Positions 1 to 8,680 of a stretch of DNA of 64,000 bases are shown here, one piece after another. The position numbers and the translations under genes are program-made. The notes below the pieces were generated by a model, which was not told the DNA's origin, did no database searches, and saw only the letters and a list, made by a program, of their open reading frames with translations. Source of the stretch: an uncultured Candidatus Saccharibacteria bacterium. GTDB lineage: Bacteria; Patescibacteriota; Minisyncoccia; Phycocordibacterales; UBA1006. The stretch is taken from the NCBI GenBank assembly GCA_964350165.1, contig CAYGJA010000003.1, forward strand, positions 4,233-68,232, in the 5' to 3' direction. Each line of letters begins with the position of its first letter. Position 1 is the first letter of the stretch.

Positions 1-406
1 TGCTCCCAACCAATGTCCCGCGATCCGAAGTTGGCCCCTCGAGATTCGCGACCACCAAATCATACGACCTCAGTCGCTCTGCAACATATTGAAAGGGAAA
101 ATCATAATCCGCCTTGGCGTTAGTTATCTTTCCCAGAACTCCTCGGTCCAGCATAATGTCTCCCAAAAAAAGCAGCTTGGTCGTGGTCGGAGCAGTCAAA
201 GAACTTCTCTCTGTTGATGCTTCTTTTTTAAAAAACGAAACCTGGTCCACATCCAAAACATCAATCAGATACTCGACTCGATGAACAAAACCCAAAGCAA
301 AAGCGATGGTTATCAAAAAAACTGCCACTAATGCAAAAATCCGCTGTGGCAAATTCAACTCAAATTCTGACCAAAAATTAGTTTGTGGAGATTTTTTCTT
401 TTTCAT
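1..406 (-). CDS. CapA/PgsA-family metallophosphatase-like protein, N-terminal part (runs off the window start)
   Basis: Manual translation from ATG at 406: MKKKKSPQ..., one TM helix, then LLFLGDIMLDRGV...DLVVANLEGP, the PGA_cap (CapA) motifs. Not in the ORF track because it is truncated. Confidence 0.85.
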   Translation of the reverse strand, partial: MKKKKSPQTNFWSEFELNLPQRIFALVAVFLITIAFALGFVHRVEYLIDVLDVDQVSFFKKEASTERSSLTAPTTTKLLFLGDIMLDRGVLGKITNAKADYDFPFQYVAERLRSYDLVVANLEGPTSDRGTLVGS

Positions 407-1115
407 TGTCGATAGTGTTATTTTGTCGAATCAAATCAATGCCAGTCACCGCTCGCTCGCTGGTCACACATATACCGGCCAAGGCACCATCCAGAAAAAC
501 AAACCCTCCAGAAAAACAACCCGGAACAACCTGAAGACTTAGTATGGCCCCTGAAACAACAAAAGTATCAGCCTGACTGACATAAGAGCGAACCAATCGT
601 CGCTCTTTGGTTCCGTACACAATTACATCTTGCCCCAAACTTGATTGTGCCGGAAAAGCAAAACCCTCGAAGTCTTTTGCGTGTAAAAAAACCAAATCTT
701 TGTAGGCAATTTCATAGACTCCCCCTTCGCCATATATACTGCCGTAACCCCCTTCTTTTGTGGTGGTGGCAACACGCAAAAGATCAGAGAGCACAAGATA
801 GCCATCTTTGGTAATAGCCAAAATCTGATCATCAAAACCAGCAATTGTTGCGGCTGCTTTTTTTTCTGAGACACCGGCGACTTGCGGAACCGGTATTGCC
901 GCCTGCACCGAAGCCAACAAATCTTCTCTAATAGAATCTAGTTCCGCATCGACAATACGTTCCCGCTGATATTCGTTTACATTATTCACCACCTGAGTAA
1001 TAGATAACGGAGTATCTGCCAGCAAAGCAATCGAAATGATTGTGGTGGCAATAGATACCACAAAAGTCACCAGAATATTAAGCAGCACCAGCTGAGCAGA
1101 ATTGAGCGAAGACAT
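378..1115 (-). CDS. Membrane-anchored protein with degenerate trypsin-like (HtrA-like) domain
   Basis: N-terminal QLVLLNILVTFVVSIATTII anchor; C-terminal GCFSGGFVFLDGALAGI resembles GNSGGP-x-x-GxxxGI. Start moved to ATG 1115, 6 nt after TATAAT. Confidence 0.55.
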   Translation of the reverse strand: MSSLNSAQLVLLNILVTFVVSIATTIISIALLADTPLSITQVVNNVNEYQRERIVDAELDSIREDLLASVQAAIPVPQVAGVSEKKAAATIAGFDDQILAITKDGYLVLSDLLRVATTTKEGGYGSIYGEGGVYEIAYKDLVFLHAKDFEGFAFPAQSSLGQDVIVYGTKERRLVRSYVSQADTFVVSGAILSLQVVPGCFSGGFVFLDGALAGICVTSERAVTGIDLIRQNNTIDNEKEKISTN

Positions 1116-1132
1116 GTTGTCATTATACAGGC

Positions 1133-2371
1133 TCATAGATACTTTGCGGCTACTGCGTGTATTTGTTCCAGGGCATATTCAACATCAGCCAAGGTTGTCA
1201 TTTTTCCCAAAGAAACCCGAACACTGCCAGTGGTTAGAATAAGATTTTTTTGAGGATGATTGTTGTACATGGCCGCCAGAACATGCGAAGCGTCCTCGTC
1301 ATCAGTACTACAAGCCGCTCTGGCAGCCACATATACTCCCCGTTCAGCCAATTCGATTACCAACAGCTCACCATTGATACCCGGAATGGTGAAATTCAAA
1401 ATATGAGGAGATTGTGCCTGGAGTAAGCCTTCATGAACAATCAACTGTTTATTTATTTTTTTTAATCCTTCTAGGAAATAATTTCGCAAATCTAAAAACT
1501 GCGTGCTACACACAGGCCAATTTTCTCGAGCACGAACAAAAGCCTGGCTACCCCCAATAATTGCCGCAACGTTCTCGGTACCAGAACGGTATCCTCGCTC
1601 TTGGCCACCTCCCTCGAACAAAGCAGGCAACTTTGCTCGCCTTGTTTTATACAGAAAACCAACCCCCTTGGGACCGTATATTTTTTGGCTACTTAACGTC
1701 ATCAAATCTAGACCCGAAATAATACCTGCAAAATCAGAACAAATTGTCGCCTGCACCGCGTCACTATGCACAAAAGGAAAATGCGTCTGGTGTTGTTTCC
1801 GGTGATGACGAACCAGCTTGGCTATTTCTCGCAATGGTTGCATCACACCGGTCTCGTTGTTTACATAATGAACACTGACCAAGGCTGTGTTTTCGTGCAA
1901 TTGCTCTCGAATAAACCCCAGATCAACTATCCCAGTTTTATCGACGAGGATTTGAATCAAGTCAATCTCGCCCCTCTTGGCCATACCAAGACAAAGGTTA
2001 CGAACCGATGGATGTTCCGTGGCTGTAATCATTACTGTTGGTCTGTTTATTCCCGAATCCTTAGCAGCCATTACTGTACCAACAATAGCCATTTGATTAG
2101 CTTCGGTTGACCCTCCCGTAAAAAAAATCTCATCTGCAGTCACCCCAAGTGCTTTGGCGACTTGGGTACGAGACTGCTCGATATCATTTTTTATCGACAC
2201 TGCCGGACCATATAACGCTCCTGGGTTAAAAAAACGCTCATTTTGATAGGGTTCCATTAGAGCGACAGTGTCGAGATCAACGGGAGTTGAAGCCGCATAG
2301 TCCAAATACACTACTCGTTGGGTTTTTTGCTTGCGCTGATTGTTTCCAAATAAAAACATATTGAATTTCAT
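1133..2371 (-). CDS. iscS: Cysteine desulfurase (IscS/NifS family)
   Basis: YLDYAASTP, FTGGSTEAN, HSDAVQ, SSQKIYGPKG (PLP lysine), RSGTENV, AACS catalytic Cys loop. Start uncertain (2359-2398). Confidence 0.92.
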   Translation of the reverse strand: MKFNMFLFGNNQRKQKTQRVVYLDYAASTPVDLDTVALMEPYQNERFFNPGALYGPAVSIKNDIEQSRTQVAKALGVTADEIFFTGGSTEANQMAIVGTVMAAKDSGINRPTVMITATEHPSVRNLCLGMAKRGEIDLIQILVDKTGIVDLGFIREQLHENTALVSVHYVNNETGVMQPLREIAKLVRHHRKQHQTHFPFVHSDAVQATICSDFAGIISGLDLMTLSSQKIYGPKGVGFLYKTRRAKLPALFEGGGQERGYRSGTENVAAIIGGSQAFVRARENWPVCSTQFLDLRNYFLEGLKKINKQLIVHEGLLQAQSPHILNFTIPGINGELLVIELAERGVYVAARAACSTDDEDASHVLAAMYNNHPQKNLILTTGSVRVSLGKMTTLADVEYALEQIHAVAAKYL

Positions 2372-2386
2372 TGTATAATGCGCCCA

Positions 2387-2851
2387 GTGAATGACCAACT
2401 ACTTATTGGCATACTTGTTGGCATGGGCATCATCACCCTTGTTTTACTCATTCTCGTACTACACCTTCGGCGTCGACTTGGTTTTTTTATGCGTGGACAA
2501 GACGGCAGTAGCCTCGAGGAACTCCTCCAAGACGCGCTCTACACTATTGAACGCCTCGAACAAGCCCAACTGGCCGCGCTCAAACACCAAAAAACCATGG
2601 AGAAAAAATTGCGTCAATGTATTCGAACTCCCGCTACTCTTCGCTTCAATCCTTTTCGTGATGCGGGTAGCAATCAAAGCTTTGCCACTTCTTTTATTGA
2701 CGAAACCGGTAACGGTGTTGTCTTGTCTAGCCTCTACACCCAAGGCAAAACTAGCGTCTTTGCCAAACCAGTGGCTGAGTTTGTTTCGGAGTATGATTTG
2801 ACCGAAGAAGAGTCACACGTCTTGCAACACAGTAAAAACCAGGTATTGTAG
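2387..2851 (+). CDS. DUF4446 family membrane protein
   Basis: TM helix, coiled coil, then LRFNPFRDAGSNQSFA...GNGVVLSSLY...VFAKPV. GTG start 7 nt after TATAAT. Confidence 0.8.
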   Translation: MNDQLLIGILVGMGIITLVLLILVLHLRRRLGFFMRGQDGSSLEELLQDALYTIERLEQAQLAALKHQKTMEKKLRQCIRTPATLRFNPFRDAGSNQSFATSFIDETGNGVVLSSLYTQGKTSVFAKPVAEFVSEYDLTEEESHVLQHSKNQVL

Positions 2852-2855
2852 TCCT

Positions 2856-4349
2856 ATGAGTAAGAACTCCCAACAAACGCGGCCACCCGTGGTCGCCATC
2901 ATGGGCCACGTTGATCATGGAAAATCAACGCTTCTTGATTACATCAGAAAAAGCAATGTCGTCGACGGAGAAGCGGGTGGTATTACCCAACATATTGCAG
3001 CTTACGAAGTGGAGCACACGAACGCAGCTGGCGACATCAAAAAAATAACCTTTATCGACACTCCTGGTCACGCTGCTTTTACTGGTATGCGTGAATGCGG
3101 AGCCAGTGCTGCCGACATTGCCATTCTAATTGTGTCAGCCGAAGATAGCGTTAAGGCACAGACAGTCGAAGCCATCCAGACCATAAAAAACAACAAAGTC
3201 CCTTTTTTGGTGGCTATCAACAAAATAGACCGCCCCAACGCCAACGTAGAAAAAGTAAAATCAGACTTACTAGAACACAGTATCTATGTCGAAGGTTTTG
3301 GTGGCGATACTCCCTGGGTAGCTATTTCTGCCAAAACTGGCGAAGGTGTCGAGGACTTACTCGAAACCGTCTTGCTTCTTGCAGAAATGGAAGAATTTAC
3401 AGGTAATCCCGACGCAAATGCCGAGGGCTTTGTCATTGAATCTCACATGGACGCCAAACGCGGAGTATCCGCCACGCTTGTTGTAAAAAATGGCAGTCTC
3501 ACCCCGGGGCAATTTATCGTGGTGGGTGACGCCGTAGCCAAAAGCCGCCTCGTCGAAAACTTTGCTGGCAAACAAGTAAAGAACGCCACTTTTTCTTCTC
3601 CCATTACCGTAATTGGATTTGATTCACTACCAGCTGTTGGAGAAAAATTCCAAACTTATTCCAGCAAAAAAGAATCGGAATCCGCCGTAACCGATCACAA
3701 AGAAATCATTGCCGCCTTGGGTGATGCAGCCGTAGGACTATCTTGCACTGCGGTTATTCCCCTAATCCTCAAAGCCGATACCACTGGTACGCTCGAAGCG
3801 ATTCAGGGAGAGATAGCCAAACTCAATACCGCTGAATTTGGCTACAAAATCATCAAAGCTGGCATTGGGACCATCAACGAATCAGATCTTCAGATTGCAA
3901 CCTCGGACGACAGTTCCATTATTGTTGGTTTTAGCGTTGATATCGATAAAAAAGTAACGGATTCCAACGACGCTCAGAACGTAACCATCGAAACCTTTGA
4001 CATTATCTACAAACTTACCGAGTGGCTCGCCGATGAACACGAAAAAAGACGCCCGCGCAAAATGGTAGAAAAAAACACCGGTAGCGCCAAGGTTCTCAAA
4101 GTATTCAGTGTAAACAAAGACAAACAAGTCGTTGGTTGCAAAATGCAAACAGGCGAATTGTCAGTCAAAGATTCTTTTCAACTCATTCGTCGAGAAAACA
4201 CTCTTGGCCGGGGTGTTATTCATAATATCGAGCAAGCCAAAGCAAAAATAACCACCGTCAAAGATGGCGAATTCGGAATGATGGTCGAATCAAAATACGA
4301 AATAGCTCCGGGCGACACCATAACTGCCACTATTACCGAAGAAGTCTAA
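2856..4349 (+). CDS. infB: Translation initiation factor IF-2 (short form lacking the N-terminal extension)
   Basis: RPPVVAIMGHVDHGKSTLLD, GGITQHI, DTPGHAAF, NKID. Confidence 0.98.
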   Translation: MSKNSQQTRPPVVAIMGHVDHGKSTLLDYIRKSNVVDGEAGGITQHIAAYEVEHTNAAGDIKKITFIDTPGHAAFTGMRECGASAADIAILIVSAEDSVKAQTVEAIQTIKNNKVPFLVAINKIDRPNANVEKVKSDLLEHSIYVEGFGGDTPWVAISAKTGEGVEDLLETVLLLAEMEEFTGNPDANAEGFVIESHMDAKRGVSATLVVKNGSLTPGQFIVVGDAVAKSRLVENFAGKQVKNATFSSPITVIGFDSLPAVGEKFQTYSSKKESESAVTDHKEIIAALGDAAVGLSCTAVIPLILKADTTGTLEAIQGEIAKLNTAEFGYKIIKAGIGTINESDLQIATSDDSSIIVGFSVDIDKKVTDSNDAQNVTIETFDIIYKLTEWLADEHEKRRPRKMVEKNTGSAKVLKVFSVNKDKQVVGCKMQTGELSVKDSFQLIRRENTLGRGVIHNIEQAKAKITTVKDGEFGMMVESKYEIAPGDTITATITEEV

Positions 4350-4354
4350 ATACT

Positions 4355-4708
4355 ATGCACACACCACAGCCGCGCTCCAATAGACAACTTCGCGTCAATC
4401 AATCTTTGCAAATGATTGTAAGTGATTTTTTGAACCAAAATTCTAACCGCCTATCCCTCATTACAGTGACCCGCTGCGATGTTGCCCCCAACCTGAGCAG
4501 CGCCGTTGCTTATATTAGTGTTATTCCCGACGACAAAGAAGCCCAGGCTATCGAATTTCTCAAGCGTCGCCAATACGACCTCCATCAATTCGTCAAAGAA
4601 AAAAGCGAGCTTCGTCGAGCCCCCCGAGTCAGATTTGAAATAGACAAGGGCGAAAAAAACAGACAGCTCATTGATCAGCTGTCCCGCACCATCGAAGAGG
4701 AGGAGTAG
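4355..4708 (+). CDS. rbfA: Ribosome-binding factor A
   Basis: Follows infB; ITVTRCDVAPNLSSAVAYISV and LRRAPRVRFEID. Confidence 0.9.
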   Translation: MHTPQPRSNRQLRVNQSLQMIVSDFLNQNSNRLSLITVTRCDVAPNLSSAVAYISVIPDDKEAQAIEFLKRRQYDLHQFVKEKSELRRAPRVRFEIDKGEKNRQLIDQLSRTIEEEE

Positions 4709-4748
4709 TTCCAAAACAGGGGGCGTTTATGGTACGATGCCTCAAGCT

Positions 4749-4820
4749 GGCGTGGTGGTGAAGTGGTAACACTACGGTCTGCAAAACCGTCATGCGCGGG
4801 TTCGATTCCCGCCCACGCCT
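4749..4820 (+). tRNA. tRNA-Cys (GCA)
   Basis: GGCGTGG/CCACGCC acceptor stem, ACGGT-CTGCAAA-ACCGT anticodon arm, GCGGG-TTCGATT-CCCGC T arm. Confidence 0.96.
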
Positions 4821-4822
4821 CA

Positions 4823-5011
4823 TATGACATTAGGTCGAGGGACAGTAGTCCTTCGGCCTTTTGTTATACATGGTGTTGCGGGAATCGAAAGACGGAGGCC
4901 GCGAAGCCGCCCGCAGGGCGTGGCCGAGTCAGGGTCGTGAGCGTATATTTTCTTAACTGCGTAGCAGTTTTTGAAAATAACGACTCCTGACCGATTCCCG
5001 CCCACGCCTCA
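4823..5011 (+). other. Structured non-coding element 1, bounded by a 20-bp direct repeat of the tRNA-Cys 3' end
   Basis: CGATTCCCGCCCACGCCTCA at 4803-4822 and 4992-5011; internal hairpins; antisense T-arm copy GCGGGAATCGAA at 4878-4889. Confidence 0.8.
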
Positions 5012-5014
5012 AGA

Positions 5015-5058
5015 AAACAAATCCCCCGCAAAGCGAAAGCTTTGCGGGGGATTTGTTT
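5015..5058. terminator. Bidirectional hairpin terminator between element 1 and tRNA-Leu(TAA)
   Basis: AAACAAATCCCCCGCAAAGC-GAAA-GCTTTGCGGGGGATTTGTTT perfect inverted repeat between convergent units. Confidence 0.75.
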
Positions 5059-5065
5059 AAAAATG

Positions 5066-5150
5066 TGCCGGAGGCGGGACTTGAACCCGCACGCCGTATA
5101 AGGGCAAGGGATTTTAAGTCCCCCGTGTCTACCGATTCCACCACCCCGGC
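5066..5150 (-). tRNA. tRNA-Leu (TAA)
   Basis: Reverse complement GCCGGGGTGGTGGAATCGGTAGACAC...GGGA-CTTAAAA-TCCC, long variable arm, GGTTCAAGTCC...CTCCGGCA. Confidence 0.95.
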
Positions 5151-5214
5151 AAGGTTTCGGTACGAGCAGTATGCTAGAAACGTCAGGGATATTCAAGCGG
5201 TATACTTAAGGACA

Positions 5215-6645
5215 ATGAAAAAAACAACCATCTACTACGATGCAGACTGTCCAACCTGCACTGTTTATATGAATTCTAGCCAAGTCACAGGACTAGAATG
5301 GCAACCTAATACAAACTCGGATTCAAAAAATAAAGACAAAGAAATCTTGGCCACCACTGCGGATGGCGAGACCGTCGGTAATATCGAGGTTCTGGCCCTC
5401 ATAGAATCAGCCAAAGGCAACACTCGGCGAGCGACCTTGCTTCGCAATCCCTGGCTACAACCAGTGCTCAGAATAGGCTACCGCCTGGTGGCTCATTATC
5501 GCAAATACCTAACCGGGCCACAGTCGACCTTTTTTTGGATCAAGACTCTGATTGGCATTGGCCTCCTGGGGGCCTCAGTTGCCTCCTGGCGACTCTGGAC
5601 CAGCTGGCATGACTTTCCGGCCGCTCCACTCCTAGGAAGGGCGGGAGAATGGCTCTTTGAATACGGTTCACCAGTGCTCGGACTCGTCTATCTGACTGCT
5701 CTTTTGGGGCTTATTTTCACCAAAAAGAAAACGAGCTTTTTTGTACTTATACTTTTGGGAGTCAGTGCACTGCTGGTAATCGGAGACCTCAATCGCCTGC
5801 GTCCCTGGTTATATGAATTCCTGTTGCTGCTCAGTGCTCTCCTACTGTTCGACACAAAGAAACCGAACGTTATCCCCGCCTCATTCCTGGTTATTCTGGC
5901 CGGGACCTATTTCTGGGGTGGTGTACACAAATTAAATAGCTATTTTGTTCACGAAATCTTTCCTTGGTTTATCTCCCCCATCACCGGCGGAAATCTTGGA
6001 GCAACTCCAGAAACAGCCCTGGCCCTTTTTGTTGTGGCGGTAGAGGTAAGCATAGGGGCTCTTTTGTTAAACAAAAAAACCAGACTTTTTGCGGCTATCC
6101 TTGCCACTCCTACTCATCTTTTTATTGTTACTGTACTTCCTATTGGGCACCACTGGGGATATGTTATTTTCTTTTGGAACTTGGCCCTGCTGGGGATTGT
6201 CTGGCTGAGCACCAAAACAACTTTTGTGCGCGGTCATTCGATTGCCCTGGCGTTAGCAGTCATCCTAGCTTGGTTACTACCGGTCGGGAATTTATTTGGG
6301 ATTTGGGATAATTATCTATCCAGCGCACTCTATGCCCACGAAACCGATCATGGATACATTGTTGTTTCGAATGCCTCACTAGCAGGACTTCCTGAGGGTG
6401 CACAGACGGCTGTTATTACTTGGCCCCACGAACCCAACACCATCGCCATCAGTACGCTCATGTGGTCTTACGATAATTACAATACCGCGCTTTATACCAA
6501 CCCCAGGGTCTACACCGCCGCCCTCTCGGCTGTCTGCCAGATAGATAACACGGCCAAATTATATCTACGGGCACAGACTCGTTTGTTCCGAGAAAAACCA
6601 GGACAAATTGTCACCTGTGACATATTGCAAAAGCGGAGACGTTAG
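5215..6645 (+). CDS. DCC1-like thiol-disulfide oxidoreductase domain fused to a polytopic membrane domain (HTTM/DoxX-like)
   Basis: Start ATG 5215 after TATACT; MKKTTIYYDADCPTC (DCC1 DxxCxxC), GYRLVAHYR; about 9-10 TM segments with YFWGGVHKLN. Confidence 0.7.
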   Translation: MKKTTIYYDADCPTCTVYMNSSQVTGLEWQPNTNSDSKNKDKEILATTADGETVGNIEVLALIESAKGNTRRATLLRNPWLQPVLRIGYRLVAHYRKYLTGPQSTFFWIKTLIGIGLLGASVASWRLWTSWHDFPAAPLLGRAGEWLFEYGSPVLGLVYLTALLGLIFTKKKTSFFVLILLGVSALLVIGDLNRLRPWLYEFLLLLSALLLFDTKKPNVIPASFLVILAGTYFWGGVHKLNSYFVHEIFPWFISPITGGNLGATPETALALFVVAVEVSIGALLLNKKTRLFAAILATPTHLFIVTVLPIGHHWGYVIFFWNLALLGIVWLSTKTTFVRGHSIALALAVILAWLLPVGNLFGIWDNYLSSALYAHETDHGYIVVSNASLAGLPEGAQTAVITWPHEPNTIAISTLMWSYDNYNTALYTNPRVYTAALSAVCQIDNTAKLYLRAQTRLFREKPGQIVTCDILQKRRR

Positions 6646-6663
6646 GATAAACTCGGAACACAT

Positions 6664-6736
6664 CCGCTCGTAGCTCAGTTGGTAGAGCAGCTGGCTCTTA
6701 ACCAGACGGTCGTAGGTTCGAATCCTACCGGGCGGA
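6664..6736 (+). tRNA. tRNA-Lys (CTT)
   Basis: CCGCTCG-TAGCTCAGTTGGTAGAGC-A-GCTGG-CTCTTAA-CCAGA...GTAGG-TTCGAAT-CCTAC-CGGGCGG-A. Confidence 0.95.
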
Positions 6737-6799
6737 CACGTCCGCCCGGAGCCAACCAAGCACCGAGCGGAAGTAGTCAATTTTTTGACAATAAAAGAT

Positions 6800-6884
6800 G
6801 CCGGAGTGGTGGAATTGGTAGACACGCTTGCCTTAGGAGCATGTGGGGTAACCCGTGCTGGTTCGAGTCCAGTCTCCGGCACCA
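6800..6884 (+). tRNA. tRNA-Leu (TAG), CCA encoded
   Basis: GCCGGAGTGGTGGAATTGGTAGACAC...CTTAGGA anticodon loop, long variable arm, GGTTCGAGTCC...CTCCGGCACCA. Confidence 0.95.
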
Positions 6885-6885
6885 A

Positions 6886-7086
6886 TGACATTAGGTCTTG
6901 TTCTTTAGAACAGGGCCTTTTGTCATTTTGGCGGGAATGGACGAGAAGGCCGCAGCGGGGCCCCAAGGCGAGACCGAACAGGTCGACCATTGGGGAGCGA
7001 GGCGCGGGCCCGCAGTCCGAGAAATAATGACCGCAGGGAAATATATTTCTCGAGAACATGTGGGCGAGTCCAGTCTCCGGCACCAA
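6886..7086 (+). other. Structured non-coding element 2, bounded by a 22-bp direct repeat of the tRNA-Leu 3' end
   Basis: CGAGTCCAGTCTCCGGCACCAA at 6864-6885 and 7065-7086; first hairpin shares ATGACATTAGGTC...GGCCTTTTGTYAT with element 1. Confidence 0.8.
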
Positions 7087-7120
7087 AACAAAAACCCTCA
7101 TTTGAGGGTTTTTGTTTTGG
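7083..7120. terminator. Bidirectional hairpin terminator
   Basis: CCAAAACAAAAACCCTCA-TT-TGAGGGTTTTTGTTTTGG between convergent units. Confidence 0.75.
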
Positions 7121-7141
7121 TTGTTTTATTTATTTCTGGTT

Positions 7142-8494
7142 TTAGGAAGGAAGATTATCTAAGAAATCTTTTTTCTTTTTCTCCAGTTCATCCTCCTCGG
7201 ATTCTCCCCAAGGGTCCTCGGAATCAAAATCATCTCCCTCGTCACCCTCCACCTCCTGACCAATCTGAGGCTCAATATCGTCGATGGACTGCGGAGCGCT
7301 CTCAATAGCTGACTTGGTCATATTATCCAGGTCGGTGTCATTTGGACTCAGCTCTCGGCTGATAACGTCTTGGAGTTCTTTCTCGGCCTGTTCTTGTTCT
7401 TTTTGTTCTTTGTATCGCAAGTAGATTCGTCGTCCAACCAAAACAATAACCAGCAGCAATATCACAATCACCAACCAACCCAAGAACGTCCGTGGCAAGA
7501 ATCCGCCACTTGTGGCACCGGCAGCTGGGCGACCATCACTATCGTATTCGTTGATATCATAATGCACCGCACTAGCTTGGGAGCCAGTGGTTGGATTGGT
7601 ATAGAAAACAATAGCCGCTGCCGCCACTCTAGTTCCCTCTCGCAGGGCCGTTACGACGCGGACGTTTACTTTGACATCGCCGTCTTCGTCTTCTTCTAGG
7701 TCGCCAAGGTCAAACACAGCTGCGTGTTCTTTGCGCAAATACACCCCTTCACCGGCTGATAGGAATTCGGTGTTATCAGGCAGTTCTACTTTAATAAAAA
7801 CGTCATCGATTTGAGTATTAGAAACATTTTGATAATTGATTTCGTAGGTCAAGATATCTCCGACGGTAAAAGTCTCGCGATCATCGGTGATATCAAGCGC
7901 AATATGAGCCGGAACTGGGGGCTCGGCTACTTGGTTATTGGTTTCATTATTAGTTTCGTTATTGGTCGTATTGTTGGTAGTATTATTGGTTTCGTTGTTG
8001 GTGGTATTACTGCCGTTATTGTTTGGAGTCCCGCCTTGATTTACATTTCCATTTGGTTGTTCAATAACCGTAATGTTGGTACCACCATTGTATCCAGCCT
8101 GTTGACCAGGAACCGGCAAGGTAATAAAGCTGATCGTAGGCCCGTACACGATACCGTTACGGTTCTGCCCTACGACGCGCGCGTAGTAATTGGTGTTTGG
8201 TAGCAGGTTGTTCACTTCGACAGAGATATTGTCCGAAAATCGAGAATGACTACGCGATACGGTTGATTGCCCAAAAGAAGTAGTCTGCCCATATTGGAAA
8301 AAAGTCTGTGGTCGGTCCGCCCGATCTCCACCTACGTTGACAGCATAACTACCGTTCAATACAGCGGAAGTTTGAGTAACATTAGAAGCACCACCCGTCA
8401 GCACGGTCAAGTTGGTTGACTGGGCCGAGGCCGGAACTGCCGAAAATATAAAAATGCTAAATAATGATAGCGAAAATGCGAGTATTTTTTTCAT
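7142..8494 (-). CDS. Secreted, C-terminally membrane-anchored surface protein (FN3-like + DUF11-like domains, acidic tail)
   Basis: Signal peptide ASA|Q; ASNVTQTSAVLNG...LLPNTNYYARVVGQN (FN3-like); Asn/Thr linker; VGDILTYEINYQN...VELPDNTEFLSA (DUF11-like); TM near residue 340. Confidence 0.75.
   Translation of the reverse strand: MKKILAFSLSLFSIFIFSAVPASAQSTNLTVLTGGASNVTQTSAVLNGSYAVNVGGDRADRPQTFFQYGQTTSFGQSTVSRSHSRFSDNISVEVNNLLPNTNYYARVVGQNRNGIVYGPTISFITLPVPGQQAGYNGGTNITVIEQPNGNVNQGGTPNNNGSNTTNNETNNTTNNTTNNETNNETNNQVAEPPVPAHIALDITDDRETFTVGDILTYEINYQNVSNTQIDDVFIKVELPDNTEFLSAGEGVYLRKEHAAVFDLGDLEEDEDGDVKVNVRVVTALREGTRVAAAAIVFYTNPTTGSQASAVHYDINEYDSDGRPAAGATSGGFLPRTFLGWLVIVILLLVIVLVGRRIYLRYKEQKEQEQAEKELQDVISRELSPNDTDLDNMTKSAIESAPQSIDDIEPQIGQEVEGDEGDDFDSEDPWGESEEDELEKKKKDFLDNLPS
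7930..8010 (-). repeat. Imperfect 12-bp tandem repeat encoding (TNNE/TNNT)n linker
   Basis: Protein reads NTTNNETNNTTNNTTNNETNNETNNQ; boundaries approximate. Confidence 0.6.
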
Positions 8495-8680
8495 AACAAA
8501 AGTATACCGAAATAATTAGAAACAACCACATTGTACGTGAAGAACCTTCAAAAGTATAGACATATTGTATTTTTGTGGTGTTATTTTTAAATTTGCCCAG
8601 TGTCTCTCTATATTCAAAAAGGTATAAAAAGTGGACAAAGTACCCAAAAAATGGTATAATGTTAAAAAGAAACTTAAAAA

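Noticed and set aside
4763-5196. Short ORFs over the tRNA-Cys/Leu region and the 5053 start of the DCC1 gene
   Set aside because: They are translations of tRNA and hairpin sequence; ATG 5215 fits the DCC1 motif and a -10 box.
4803-7120. Prophage or genomic island between att sites
   Set aside because: Each direct-repeat pair encloses only ~170-180 bp of non-coding DNA; no integrase or phage gene is present.
6565-7308. ORFs over the tRNA-Lys/Leu region
   Set aside because: Shadow ORFs of tRNAs and the structured element.
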